Positions 12,661 through 25,653 of a DNA stretch of 64,000 nt are shown here, in pieces. The notes below the pieces were generated by a model. It worked only from the letters and a program-made list of their open reading frames with translations, did not search any database and was not told the DNA's origin. Source of the DNA: Basidiobolus meristosporus CBS 931.73 (Eukaryota > Fungi > Basidiobolomycota); contig MCFE01000037.1 of NCBI GenBank assembly GCA_002104905.1, positions 140,378-204,377 on the forward strand, given 5' to 3'. The translations under genes were made by a program, and so were the position numbers. Each line of letters opens with the position of its first letter. Position 1 is the first letter of the stretch.

Positions 12661-13201
12661 TTTGTGTATTATGTAATTCGGGGAAGCAACCCTCTTGTAT
12701 TTATAGACCTAGCTCTCCCCTGATCATGCTGCCATTTTAACTCCCCCTCACCCGCACGCAGGTTTGGAGCAATCCTATTAGTCAGGAAAGGAAGTCAGTA
12801 CTTGAATTCAAGGAATCCTATTCGATGGTTAGATAAGAAATCATTCATTTATTACTATCCTTATTCGATTTGGTCACACTTTTCCGATTATCTTAATAGA
12901 TTTAATCTCAACCCCCCTCACCTCCAGTTTCCTGATTTATCGTCTCTTCACGATCTAAACGCTGGGCTACTTATGAATATAGTCGAATACCATTCATGTG
13001 CATTTTTGGACATGGGTGTTAAATCATACACGTCACGACCACTTGTGGCTAATTTGATGTTTGCTCCTGTTACTTTTTGCGTGGTTTTTTTCTTTTCTTT
13101 GTCTGTTCCTTTCTAAAACACAATCCATTTAATTTGCGTCGAAATTTATTATGTATATAATGGTGTAGAGTTACAGATGCGAATGTAAATTGAATGATGA
13201 T

Positions 13202-14092
13202 TTAGAACTTGTTTCCACGACGGCCAATGGTGGCAGTGATGTAGCCAGAGAAGTCGGTGACTGGAGAGAAAATGGTCATCTCTTGGCCAGCGTTAGGGAG
13301 GCTGAAGGGGGCAAGGTTGGTGGTGAAGTGATGGCTGTTGGGGAGTGCGTAGTACACATCACGGACTTCTGGGAAGCGCTTCAAGATCAGCTCAGCCATG
13401 CGGTACATGGTGGCCTGGACTGAGGCAGAGTCATCGTGAGCGAACACATCAAGGGTGGTCTTGCGGACTCCTTCAAAGATGCGGTCGAATGGAATGTTCT
13501 CGACTCCAATCGAGGTGTCAATGTTGTAGTGGGCCTTGACGGTAGTGGAGAAGATACGGTCATCAGCATCCTGCAGGGTGGTGTTCTCGCAGCGATGGAA
13601 GTTGGTGAAGGACGAGCCGGTGGTCTTCAAGACGAGAAGGCCTTCCAAGCCAGACTTGATGCTGACATCGTTGGCGCTGACAGTGACCCAGGTCTCTCTG
13701 GTCTCGCTGCCGTCACGGTAGAAGGAGTGAGGATGAGGTTGACCATTAACATTAATTCTAGTCCAGCGGAGTTGAACGATGTGAACGTGGGCGTGGGTGA
13801 CATGAGGGTACTTGTCAACGAAGTGCTTGCCGAGTTCGTAACCGTAACGCTCGATGGTCTGAACGTGGTTGGACTTCTTGGCAATGATGTAGCAGGTGTT
13901 CTTGACAGTGTCGGTGGGGACGACCTTGCTGTTGTCAGCCTCGGTGTAAGCCTCTTCGAAGTCACCCTCAAGGAGCACTTGGCAGGTGAGCTCGACAATG
14001 TCGTTCCACTGAGGAGTGTGGCGGATAGCCTTGGTGACTCTGACCTTAGCCTTACCGTAGGCTTGGCGTTTTAACTCAACAGAGGTAGACAT
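13202..14092 (-). CDS. uox: Urate oxidase type B, copy B3
   Basis: Intact; ATG at 14092 by homology. Confidence 0.96.
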   Translation of the reverse strand: MSTSVELKRQAYGKAKVRVTKAIRHTPQWNDIVELTCQVLLEGDFEEAYTEADNSKVVPTDTVKNTCYIIAKKSNHVQTIERYGYELGKHFVDKYPHVTHAHVHIVQLRWTRINVNGQPHPHSFYRDGSETRETWVTVSANDVSIKSGLEGLLVLKTTGSSFTNFHRCENTTLQDADDRIFSTTVKAHYNIDTSIGVENIPFDRIFEGVRKTTLDVFAHDDSASVQATMYRMAELILKRFPEVRDVYYALPNSHHFTTNLAPFSLPNAGQEMTIFSPVTDFSGYITATIGRRGNKF

Positions 14093-14193
14093 GGCTGGAA
14101 GATAGAATTTGGGATCTGCGTGTGCGAACCCTATTCCCAACCTGGTGATTTATATAATCGGGTGACAAAAATTTTCCCACCTCACACGGGATT

Positions 14194-14222
14194 GATGATT
14201 CGGATGATTCGGATGATTCAGA
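14194..14222 (+). repeat. Short tandem repeat (GATGATTCG)x~3 upstream of B3
   Basis: gatgattcggatgattcggatgattcag, followed by two GATAAT motifs. Confidence 0.7.
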
Positions 14223-16634
14223 TAATCTTCGAAGATAATCAGTATGATGGGAACACTCTTCGGTGTGCACAGCAATCTAGGCTTCGTACATGATGCACTG
14301 AAATATATTCACGAGATTAACCGTTGACTATATCAACCTGTATAGCGATTTATATTCTCAGTTAGAATCATGCGTTACTGATGAACAATGCCACCATATA
14401 TAGTAATACCCTGGAGGATATTCTCGGATTTCCTGCAAACACCTTCCTTAATTACCCATAATGATGCAGGAAGCAGTCACAGATTCCGATGATAGTTTCA
14501 GATAATCTTTCAATTTCGGCGTATTTGTTGTAAAGGGTATTACGAAGCGGATAATGGTGTATCAAACAACTCGAGGCCTAATCCCATTGCCATATAACTT
14601 ATGTAAATCATTGACAGAGGAAGTGGGGGCCTTCTCTATTTTAAGTAATCTGCTTGAAGGTTTGGTGGTTTCTTGGGAGGCATCTCACCCCCATCTCTTC
14701 GTTGGGATATTTGATGTACAGCCTAAATATTGAAGTACGGTTGTATGGTGCATCCACACCTCTTTGGCAACGCTTTGGAACCAATTTGATATGTTTAACA
14801 TATGGGGAATTAAGATATTTTGTTTTAGGCAATTGTTTGAAGCATTGCAATATTATTTATATGTTGGTATCTTTCGGTGAATTGGAGAGCCCACAGTCAT
14901 CCAAGTCTAAAGCACTAATATTTCTGATAGAGTATTTATAATTTCTGGGAAACTTCATAATACCAAAGATGAGGATGCTATATGAAAGACCCCAGGAAGC
15001 TGTTTGTAAAGTTTGAGAGCTTTTGGTCGAGTTTGAAAATATTGATAACTTCCTAATTCAAAGAATCAGCTAATATCTTACAAACCAAATCTCAAGCAAA
15101 TAATTCATAACTTAGCGATAGGCCAAATAGATTTTTAAGGTATATGAATGGCTTAGGTGTAAACGGAATACTTACAACAGATACTCCAGGACCTGTAAGT
15201 ACTTGCAACCAAATTGACTTCGAGCACCAATACCAAGACCATGTTTAAGTAAATATGGCAGCATTTGTCTCCAACAAAATGTTGTAATAGTGTATTGACA
15301 CCTAAATGTTCCATCAGCTTTGTCATTTAGATCATAGTTTACTATTTCCTGTCCAAATTTACTTTCAGCATGTACTTGGAATATCTTCACCAATATGTCA
15401 AGTGACCATACATGAAAATTGGCCAAGTATCCCAAAAGCCCCTAGACTTTGCACACATGCCATTAGGATCTTTCTAGACATATTTGATGCGTTTCTTTTG
15501 CCAAGACTTAGTAAAAGTATAAGCCTCATTTTTTCATTTAATAGGCCCTGAAGTAGAGACCATACAATCTTCTTGCTCTCCCAATCACTTCTGATATTGA
15601 CAAGACCCTCACAGCATGATATGCAAGATTTATTTGGAAGAGATTCAGTAGCATTTGGCATTCAGTAGGTTGGAAGAGTTTTATTGAGAAATGATTACAG
15701 TAAAATCTAAAGGCTACATATGTCAGAATTTTCGAAAATGGATTTTGCTTGGATCTGGTAGCTAGGCCTCATACTTTGCCTGGGATTAGTATGCATCATG
15801 GTCAGTATTTTGCGCGCAGCATCATGCTCACATATGGACCTGATCCTCATTTTTGAGATGCTGTGAGCTTAATCCAAGTTGGGTTTCTGCCGATTGTCAC
15901 ATGTTATTCTTATGGCAACCATCCAAAATTTCTGATAGGATAATCATCACCACCAACATCCAGCATATGATTCACTTGCCTTATCAATGAACTCCAAGCG
16001 TATGTTCGGAGATAGAAAAGTTGAAGCCCTTGCCGATTCAAATATCACCCAACAGATCCACGGGCCCTTTGTTGTTCGAGAACGTAGTGTACCATAGTGG
16101 TTTGCCAGAGAGTGATAAGGTTGGGTAAGGCGGATTATGGAATCATCGACCCGGGTATGGATTAAGTGATTACAATCAGCACCAAAGCCAATTGATTTCA
16201 AAACAATAGATTTCCCTCCAGTATATTTCAGTGATTCCCAGTCCACCCAAATCTGATAAGTTATCAAAACAGATCTTTCTAGATCAGAGCGTGATTTTTG
16301 CTGGGAATTCGAAGGGTTCCAAAATTACCTAATCACTACCGCAATTGGGGAGCGTATTTTACGTCGGTTACAGAATCCTCCACTCAAATCAAGTTCCTCT
16401 AAGTAGTGAGATCGAGTTTAAACCGTTTTCATTTTCCCGATTATTAATCAGAGGCTGAAAAAAGCCTGGATTATATAGTAGAGCGGGTGGGGTTTATTTG
16501 CGGAAATAAAAATCCCACCTTCCTTTACCTTCCTCTCATACTCTCTTCTCTAGATATATAGCCATATATATCCCTTCGGTGCCAACCCAGTTTCCAACCA
16601 CACCCAGGATATTTTTGTAAACCAAACAGCCACC

Positions 16635-17651
16635 ATGTTCGAAATAAACGCGGGCGATAGAGTTCTCTTGGTCGGGAACCCCCAGGTGAAAATGGAAGCC
16701 CTGGTGCAATGTCGTAGCGAGCTTGACCAGAAAGTCTCCCCTAACGGAAAGGTGGATTTCGAGCAATTCGACCGCATTCCTATTCGTAAGTGCTGTTGCT
16801 ACGGATCTTTCAAATGATTCGGCGTTCTGACCTGTGTTGTTCTTTTAGTTTATCTTTCACCCATCTACAACGCCATCTTGACCGGTGTCCTCCAGCCTTC
16901 AGGAACAGCCCATAACGCAGTTGTTCTTAGAAAGCTTCTAGGCGCTCTGTTGCCGGGAGGTCGGATTATCCTTCACGAGCCTGCCTTGGTTGAGGGAGAG
17001 CAGAATACTGCCGCCCCCGTCAACCGCACAGCCAAAGATATCGTTTCGGAACTCAAGATCAGCGGCTTCATCGACATCTCGGTGAACAGCAGGATTCTCA
17101 CTGAAGAGGAGCTGAACGACTACATCCAAAACACCTGGAGTCTCCAGGATAGAGACAATGCTCACCAAAGCCTCCAAGGGAAACTGGAGATGGTGCAAAT
17201 CGTTGCCAAGAAGCCTGCTTACGAAGTAGGCGCCTCGGCCGCTCTTCCTTTCGCGCGCAAAAAGGCAGCCACTCAAGCCACCAAAAGAGCGGCAGTCTGG
17301 AAGATCAGCGCCAATGACGAAGACGAGGAGCTGGAAGACGAAGACGACCTTTTGGATGAAGAGGATCTGGCCAAGCCTGACCCCAGCTCTTTGACCAAAC
17401 CTGACGATTGCAGCAGCAAGAAGAAGGCCTGTAAGAACTGCTCCTGTGGCCTCTCGGAGGAGTTGGAGGAAAAGAAAAGGGTGGTGCCTAAGCCCACTCC
17501 AGCCCCCGCCCCCGTATCATCCTGTGGTAGCTGCTACTTGGGAGATGCTTTCCGTTGTGGTAGCTGTCCGTATTTAGGGATGCCGGCTTTCAAGCCTGGC
17601 GAGAAGGTCCAACTGGGCGGCAACATGATGGCAGATGACATCGACCTCTAA
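16635..17651 (+). CDS. DRE2: Anamorsin / Fe-S cluster assembly protein Dre2 (exons 16635-16785, 16849-17651)
   Basis: Methyltransferase-like N-terminus and acidic linker. [10 protein letters not shown] and [29 protein letters not shown] Fe-S motifs. Confidence 0.95.
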
Positions 17652-18194
17652 GCGCATGCATACCCACACACGAACCCTCTAACTCTATCTAAATTCCCTT
17701 CACAATACACAGGCAGACGTTTCTCGACCTTGCATCCAAAAAATTCCTAGCGAGTTTATTACCTTGGCTACTGCTACATTTATCACCCTAGAATCTGCTC
17801 TTGCAACATGGATTTCGTTTGTATTATTATTCCGATGTTTAGAATCATTAAAGGTCAAGAACGATCGATTTGTTTGTAGTGGTTGGTTGGTTGGTGGCCA
17901 GCGTTGGGTTGGGTATTGGATAGCTCTTTACTGACAAGAATCATCAACGATCTGCTTCGTCGCGAACAAAACAATCATGTATATATGTATATTTCAACTT
18001 GATTTGGTCTTGCTCGGTAACATGAATGAAAAACCAAGTGGGTTGGGTTGGGGTTTGGCTTGAAAAAGAAGTATCTAGATTCATTTTGGCAGTACATACA
18101 AGGGTTGTCATTAAGATACGCAATATCCGAGAACAAGGGAGATGGATTAAAGAAAATGCGCGCTTGTGTAAAAAGTCTTCGGAGGGGGTTGGAA

Positions 18195-21100
18195 TTAAAT
18201 TTCCTCGTCCATGGCTGGAAGGTCCGATGGCTTCACCATACCAGGAATTCTCATGGCTGCCTCCATATCAGCCTTCTTCTTGGCCTCGGCCTCAGCCTCA
18301 CGCTCGTCGAGGAAAAGATCGGCGTTGTCCCCAGCGAATTCCTGGTGGAGACGAATGAGTACGCGATGGGGATAATTAGTGGGCACATGTACTTACCTTG
18401 AGCTGGATCAGGAAATCTCTGACGTGGAGCTTGAACTTGTGAAGGTCTTGGTCATAATCGAACATGCCCTTCACGAATCCTTGGATTTGAGCACTACATG
18501 GAGGAGGTGTTAGAGGAATGTGGTGCACAGGTGCGTGGCCTAAATGCTTACGTAGTTAGATGTGGGAAGGCGGTTTGGAGGAGATTACACACGTATTCCA
18601 TGAGGAACATGGAGTTTGTCATGCTGGGGTTGCTCACTTGGGCTGGGTTGAAGAGGGGAGCACTGACGGAGCCGTTCTCAACCAACAAGAACATGCGGCT
18701 CAAGACCAGACACTGGAGCTTGAAACCACTCTTGTGGTCGGTGTCCGTCAAGACGTAGAAGATGTCCTGAAGGAGACTAAGGAAGTAGCCTTGGTAGAAG
18801 CCGTTGGCAATGCTGGGGTCGGATGAGGCAACATTGTTGAGCAACTCTAGACAAATGCTCAAACCAATGTCGGCAATGTCACGCATGGTGTGCTTGAAAG
18901 CCCACACAACGCTGTCCATGATGAGCTTGAACTGAGGGGCGGGTAAGCCGAGAAGTGCGGGGAAGCAATGAATATCAATGGCGCGCAACAGCTTGAAAAA
19001 GCCGGAGCGATGCTCGGGGTACTCAGAGAAGTCCTTGTTGATCATGTTGAGGGTGCATTCGAACACCGCATCCAAGACTGCGGGGATCTTGTCGGTCAGT
19101 AGCGATCCCAATTTGCTAACAATGGAGGAGATGACGCTCAGGACCTCGGGCTCCTTGGCCTTGTCAATGTTTCTGCCGTAGTCACCAAGGACAGCCTCGA
19201 AGAATGGTGGAACAATGTTTTGTGCCACAGCATTCAAGTCCTCAGCCTTGTTAATGTATGTCTCCACCAGTTTGAGGATTTCCTTCTTGATGGTACGCAT
19301 GCCTCGGATCTTGGGAGTGCTAGCAGCGATGTTGCCCTCCATCTTCAATGACTCGGAAATAATCTCGCTGACGGCCCTGTAGAGGCTGAGGACATCCATG
19401 TAGATACGTCCGAGCTGACTGTAGTATCCGGAGCCAACGGAGACACAGGCAGCTACATTGGTTTTGAGAATGTTGACCAGGAGTTTGATGGTCTCAGGGT
19501 TGCTCAAGATCTCAGCATTGCTGTGGGCTTGGGCCATGGTGTTGTCCCAGGCGTTGTTGGGTAACTCCATGTACTTGGCGATCAGGCGCTCCTGGAGATT
19601 TCTCTGTGCCTGGGCCTGAATCATGTACCCAACCGCTTCGTAGAAAGTTTGCACTTGCAGAGGGGTCAGATCAGAGGTGATCTGATCAATGGTGTTCAAG
19701 ATTTCCTCGATGAACGGAACCACTTCCCCGGATTGCTGTGTAACGAAATGGCGGCGGCACTTCTGTGAAATCTTGATGAAGGTGTCGCAGGCCATGTCTT
19801 GGACACCCTCATGGGTCTCATGCATGAACTCGAACAGCTTGTTGACCACAGTCTTGAGGAACTTCCAGTGGGCCTTCAAGAATCGGGGGTATTGTCCAAC
19901 AATGTACATGATGTTGGAGGCCACCACCGCCTTGTTATCTTTGCCTCTCTTCATCTCACACAAACTAAGAAGATCTTTGATGACAATGACCAAGAACTTC
20001 TTCTCGGTTTCCTCGTTCATGGCTCCACTGATCGATCCCACCGCCCAGCAAAGTTTGTTCAGGTTGTTCCACGACCACTCTGAACCATCCATTTGCTTAG
20101 CAAGCTTGGTGGTCATGATAGACTCAGTATCGTTCACATCCAAATGCGTGAGGTAAACCAAGCATTCACGCATGCTCTTGTAGAGAGTGATGGTATCAGT
20201 TTCCTTAATGTATTCTCTAACGATCTCTCCTTCATCGTTCTCTACGATGAGGACTTCCTCGGGTCTAACCATTCTTTCGATCATCACCACTCGCAGCTGC
20301 GATAGGACCTCTGCGTAGGTGTCCTTTCTTTGTGTCCCGTTGGAGGCACCACCGAGGTTGAGAAGAGGAGCGCCCATGTTGGAGAGGTGCTGGCTTTCCT
20401 CGTACAACTCTGCAACTAGTTTGTTCCAATACTCCAGGCAGATCTTGAAGATCTCCCTGTCATCTACTCGGGAGATATTGACTAGGTACTTGTGGGCCGT
20501 CAACAAGATATCGGTTCTAGTGCGTGACTCGACGATCTTCAAGTGGGTGGAGAAGAAGCTGGTCAAGAATATGGCAAGGTTCTGGATCAGCTCTTGTTCT
20601 TCGTCAGATGCCTCTTCGAAGACGGTCGCGATATCGGTGTTTGGAGGGATCATATTGACAACGGAAGACATGACCATTTCAAAGAGAAGTGGGAACTTCG
20701 CCTCGTACTTATCAACCACCACCAAGCCGCCAATCTCGGTAAGGCACTTCAGCGTGATGTTACGGAAAGCGGGAACCTCAAGAAAACGGCCACGAAGGTT
20801 GTCTATGATGTTGGTTTCGAAAATGTACCCAAGTGGGATCCAGTTGAGGAATCTCAACAGTGTCTCCAGAGTAGCTTTGATAAGGCTGGGCTTCTGAGCC
20901 TTTTCCAGTACCTCGCTACATAGCTGGAAGATTTCGGAGAACTCTCCACACATTTGTTGCTTGAGGTTACGTGTTTTCACCTGGGTCATCTGTTCAGCAG
21001 AATAATCAAAGATCTCCTCACTATACGCAAATCGGTCATTATTCAATCCGTAAGAATCCGGGATGGTGGTCTTTCGTTACCTTAGCAACTTCAAAATAGC

Positions 21101-21886
21101 CATGTTGTTTTCGCAAAGAGCGAGGTTAGTTTTACTGGACGCAACAATATCTGGAATGAACGTAGGCCAGTTTTTGGGCCATTCTTGCTTGAGGATCTAC
21201 GGAGATATGTTATGTGAATGGTCATTTGGAGTTAAGGGATGGGAAGCTTCAGCATACCTGAACCAAACTCAAGTTCAACTTGTTCAGTAATGTTCTTTCG
21301 CGATGCAGGGTGGTTTCATCAGAAGATAGTTTGATGGTGATTGCGACAATAAAGTTCTTGATTCCTGGGCAAATATTTCATTAATACAAGGCTCGAGCTA
21401 TGTCCAAAAAAGTAGACCTTACCATCACACTGCTCTCTGGGGAGAACTTTCCAACGAGTTTGAACAAGCTTGTCGAGGATTTGAAGTGCGATGAACTATA
21501 TACAAATGTAAGTAAGTGAAGATGGGCCCGGCACTGGTTACGTCGACTAACCTTTGTGTGGGCAGCTTTAGAGTTTTCTAGAATGCCGTCGACTCTTGTC
21601 CAAGCGTCAGGATGCTCTTGGAATTGCGTTAGCACTTGTTGGGCCATGCGTTGCTAAGTAGTTTCAAAACATGAATTTCCACCCTAAAATCACTGCAAAC
21701 CGCAGAATAAGCAAACCAACCTCTTCGCCCTTTCCAAGGAAAAACGTCTCGACAACTTGATCTAAGAGCTGTATATTAAGCTCACGGGAGAAATCCAAAA
21801 TACCCTAGATCGATCGGAGCAGGAATCGCCCAGTTAGTCAGAAGTAATCCAATCCTCGTACCGTTGAATCTGAAACTTACGTCCAT
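18195..21886 (-). CDS. CRM1: Exportin-1 (multi-exon; begins [11 protein letters not shown] after an intron at 21880-21805)
   Basis: [20 protein letters not shown] (leptomycin-site Cys present), [12 protein letters not shown], and C-terminal GMVKPSDL. Confidence 0.97.
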
Positions 21887-22944
21887 ATTGATTTATCTTT
21901 TTACAACCTAGCAAGTAAAAAAAGGGGGTTAACCGCTGGAGAGAGAGGCTGGGTGGGGTGTGAAGTACAAAAACTATCGCCAATCCGCAGCGACAAGCCG
22001 GGGAAATATTAAGAAAAGCCAGATCCTTCACATAGATGCTAGAAACGGGCTCGGTAAAGAGATAGCAGTGAATACCCACCTGATAAGTTTAATAGATAAA
22101 AGAGAAGTCAACGTTCGATAATAAAGAGACAAAAATGGAGTTGTTTGGATAAAGGCAAAGTATATCGAAAAAAAACAATGCTTAACACACGAATCCATCA
22201 AGTAAATCTTGATACGGTTTTTTTATTACTACGATTTTTTGATTGTTCCTTCCCCTCCCCCCTATGTCAACTGTAAATGCGCCAGAAAAAAAACCCTGAT
22301 TTCACGATTGCGTCTGCGTTTCGGATGGTTATATTTCTATCGATGAATACTCTCCTTCATTTCAATAACTTTGATAAACATTGTAGCAGCCAATTATCAG
22401 CCAGCAGTGTCAACTATCTTTTTGTTTATTTGACCCATAGCAGTACTGCTTACCAACCGTCCGCACGTGACCGATTGGGGTTATAGCTACGGCACCTGGA
22501 TTCCTTGGGGAATCATTCGTGCGCTTGGGCGGAGTTGATTTCCGGAATTCCGGCTGTGGCCCGGACCCTCTGGCTGTGCTTGCTACAGATGGGTGGAGTA
22601 GGCATGTTTGCCGCACCTGCAAGAAATCGGGGAATTAGTACGTGAATTCAACTGGCCAATCACCTTTGCCCACACAACCACTACCCGGTTCTTGCATGCA
22701 GAATACCAGCAATTTCTACGGCTAACCGCTTGGCTATTCAGGTCAATCCAGTGGTGGAAAATACCCATAGTTGGGTATATTGGACCCGTCAGCCAATATT
22801 ACCGAATCTGCTGAGCATACTCACTCGTAATTCAAAATTTCATCACCGATTGCCTAATCACCTAGACCACTATTTCTGCTTGTTCTTCTGTTTGTTGATT
22901 ACCTATCCTTTTCCTTCCTCCAACTCCAACTTCTTCCGTAAAAG

Positions 22945-23891
22945 ATGAACCCTGAATAGTAAGTATACTTTTCCTTCTTTGGGCGCTTGTTGCGTATTTA
23001 TTCCCTACGGCTCGTTATAAATAGATACATACCTGGCTATGTAATCCCTCTCTTTCTACCACATCTTGTTTCCCCAACTTGGGAATTATCACCTCATCTG
23101 AACAATCTAAAGTGCTAGTTGACTGACCGTTTTTATTCCTCACTGTTGTTACTTCCAATAGCGACTATCTTTTCAAGCTCTTGCTGATCGGCGATTCTGG
23201 CGTTGGAAAATCTTGCTTGTTGCTTCGTTTTGCTGATGACACCTACACAGAAAGTTACATCAGTACTATCGGTGTTGATTTCGTAAATACCCTCACTTTC
23301 ACTTCCCTTTGTCGACAGTCGTTTTAATAATGTTGTTTCTCGTAGAAAATTAGAACCATCGAGCTAGAAGGAAAGACCATCAAGCTCCAAATTTGGGATA
23401 CCGCAGGCCAAGAGCGTTTCCGTACCATTACCTCTTCCTACTATCGTGGCGCCCATGGTATCATCGTCGTTTATGATGTGACCGACCAAGACACTTTCTC
23501 GAATGTCAAACAATGGTTGCAAGAAATCGATCGTTATGCCTCTGAGGGTGTAAACAAGCTTTTGGTTGGTAACAAGAGTGATTTAACTTCAAAGAAAGTT
23601 GTGGAGTATGACAGCGCCAAGGTATGCCTACTGATGCACACTATAACCTGCTCTATTCGTAAAAGACAATTGCTAAACCCATTTCAATAGGAATTTTCTG
23701 ACCAATTAAGCATCCCATTCTTGGAGACTTCCGCCAAGGACTCCACTAATGTAGAGCAAGCTTTCCTTACCATGGCCAAACAAATCAAGGATCGTATGGG
23801 TACCAACACTGTTGCTCCCTCCACTAAGCAAAACATCAAGATCAGCCAAGGCAGTTCTGTTCCTGCTCAGTCTAGCAGTGGTTGTTGCTAA
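22945..23891 (+). CDS. YPT1: Rab1/Ypt1 small GTPase (multi-exon)
   Basis: [41 protein letters not shown] and C-terminal GCC prenylation motif across GT-AG introns. Confidence 0.96.
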
Positions 23892-24250
23892 TTTTACACT
23901 TCCCCTATTCATGTCGTTTATAAAGGCCAATTTTAACCCTATTTACTGTAAATCCACAATCAAGCTTTTTTGTTTGAATTGTTCTCCTTTTACATGTTGA
24001 CCTAGTCGCAATCATTCTGAACTAGTTATCGATTCTTCGTTTCACAATTTTATTCTCACTTCGAAGCTACGTTTTAACTTTTTACGATTAACATGTGACT
24101 TCACCTTTATCCATTCATCAAAGTCTTACTGAGCAAAAGGGAATGTATCTCATCCACAGTCAAGGTTATAGCACAATTCCTTTAATGTTTAACAATGTGC
24201 TTTTATTATTGGGAGTGCTTATGAGGAATGGGAGCGGTTAAAAGCCGTAA

Positions 24251-25142
24251 TCAACGACGGGCAATGGTGGCAGTGATATAGCCAGATGGATCACTGATGG
24301 GTTGGAAGATGTTCATGTCCTTGCCTTCGTTGGGGAGGTTGAAGGGCTTCAAGTTGACGCTGAGGTAGTGCTTGTTGGGAAGAGCATAGCTGATCTCGCT
24401 GACATCCACGTTCTGTCCCAACACCTTCTCACCCATTTGGTACATGGTGGCTTGCACCGAGGCTGAGTCATCGGTGGCGAAGGTGCTGAGGGTGATCTCA
24501 CGAACGCTGCTGGCGATCTCGTCGAATGGAATCTCCTCGATCTTGGACTTCTCAAGGTTGTAGGTCCACTTGGCATCCACACTGGTGGAGAAGATGCGGT
24601 CGGTGGCATCCTGGAGAGTGGTGTTCTCACAACGGTGGAAGTTGGTGAATGAGGAGCCGGTGGACTTCAACACAAGGAGGTCCTTGAGGCGGGACTCGAT
24701 GGACACCTTTCCATCACGAGAGACAACCAGCTCAACACGTCTGGTCTCATCACCGTCACGGAGGAAGGAGTGCGGGTGGAGCTGGCCATCGATCTCAACG
24801 CGGGTCCAGCGGTGCTGGATGAGCTTGATGTAGACGTCATCGACATGAGAGTATCTGTTGATGAAGTGTTGACCAATCTCGTAGCCGAAACGCTCGATGG
24901 TCTGGACATTCTCGGACTTCTTGGCGAGGACATAGAGGGTGTTCTTGACAGTAGTCAGTGGGGACAACGACAGAGTTGTCAGCCTCGGTGTAGGAGGTCT
25001 CGAACTTGCCATCGAGGAGAACTTGAGCGGTGAGCTCGACAACATCATGCCAGTTCTTGGTGTGGCGGATGACCTTGGTGATGCGAACCTTGGTCTTGCC
25101 ATAGGCTTGCTTCTTCAAGTAGGCACCGGAGTTACTAGACAT
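24251..25142 (-). CDS. uox: Urate oxidase type A, copy A4 (1-nt insertion at ~24953, probably a consensus error)
   Basis: 892 nt versus 891 for intact copies; both frames match type A. Confidence 0.85.
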
Positions 25143-25653
25143 GTTTTTGAGTTGGTCGATAAATTATTACACTATTTCAAATAGAAATACGAAGGTTTAT
25201 ATATACAGTATTAAATAACTTCATGGTGATACTAGATTTTATGTAGAGATCAGATCTCAACATCGAAGTTCGTAGAAAGCCTCGACTCTCATGCGTGACA
25301 ACGTAGCTGGTTTTAAATTTCCCAAACACCGCACGGAATATTGATTAGATTGAGATATTGATGCTAGCGATCCGGCCAGCTTTCCCCTACATTTACACAT
25401 TAGAATCATAAGTAGTATTTCGCAATCAGACATCCAGGAATTCCAAATGCCCATTCAAATGTGGAAACATGGATAGAGATAAATTATTATGTATATTTCA
25501 AATGAGTATTCCCATGCTAGCCACATACGAGTATTTTCACATATCACAAAGAGTACTGATACTCTAACGCTATGTGACATTCATAAAAAAACATATATAA
25601 TTCAGGTGTTTTTGGCAATAGTTCTCCAGTCTTCAAAGCAATTTCTCGTTATC

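Noticed and set aside
14640-16270. Short ORFs with ankyrin-like phrases (EIVNYDLNDKAD, YLLKHGLGIGARSQFG)
   Set aside because: Fragmented with no complete repeat; possibly a relic but unsupported.
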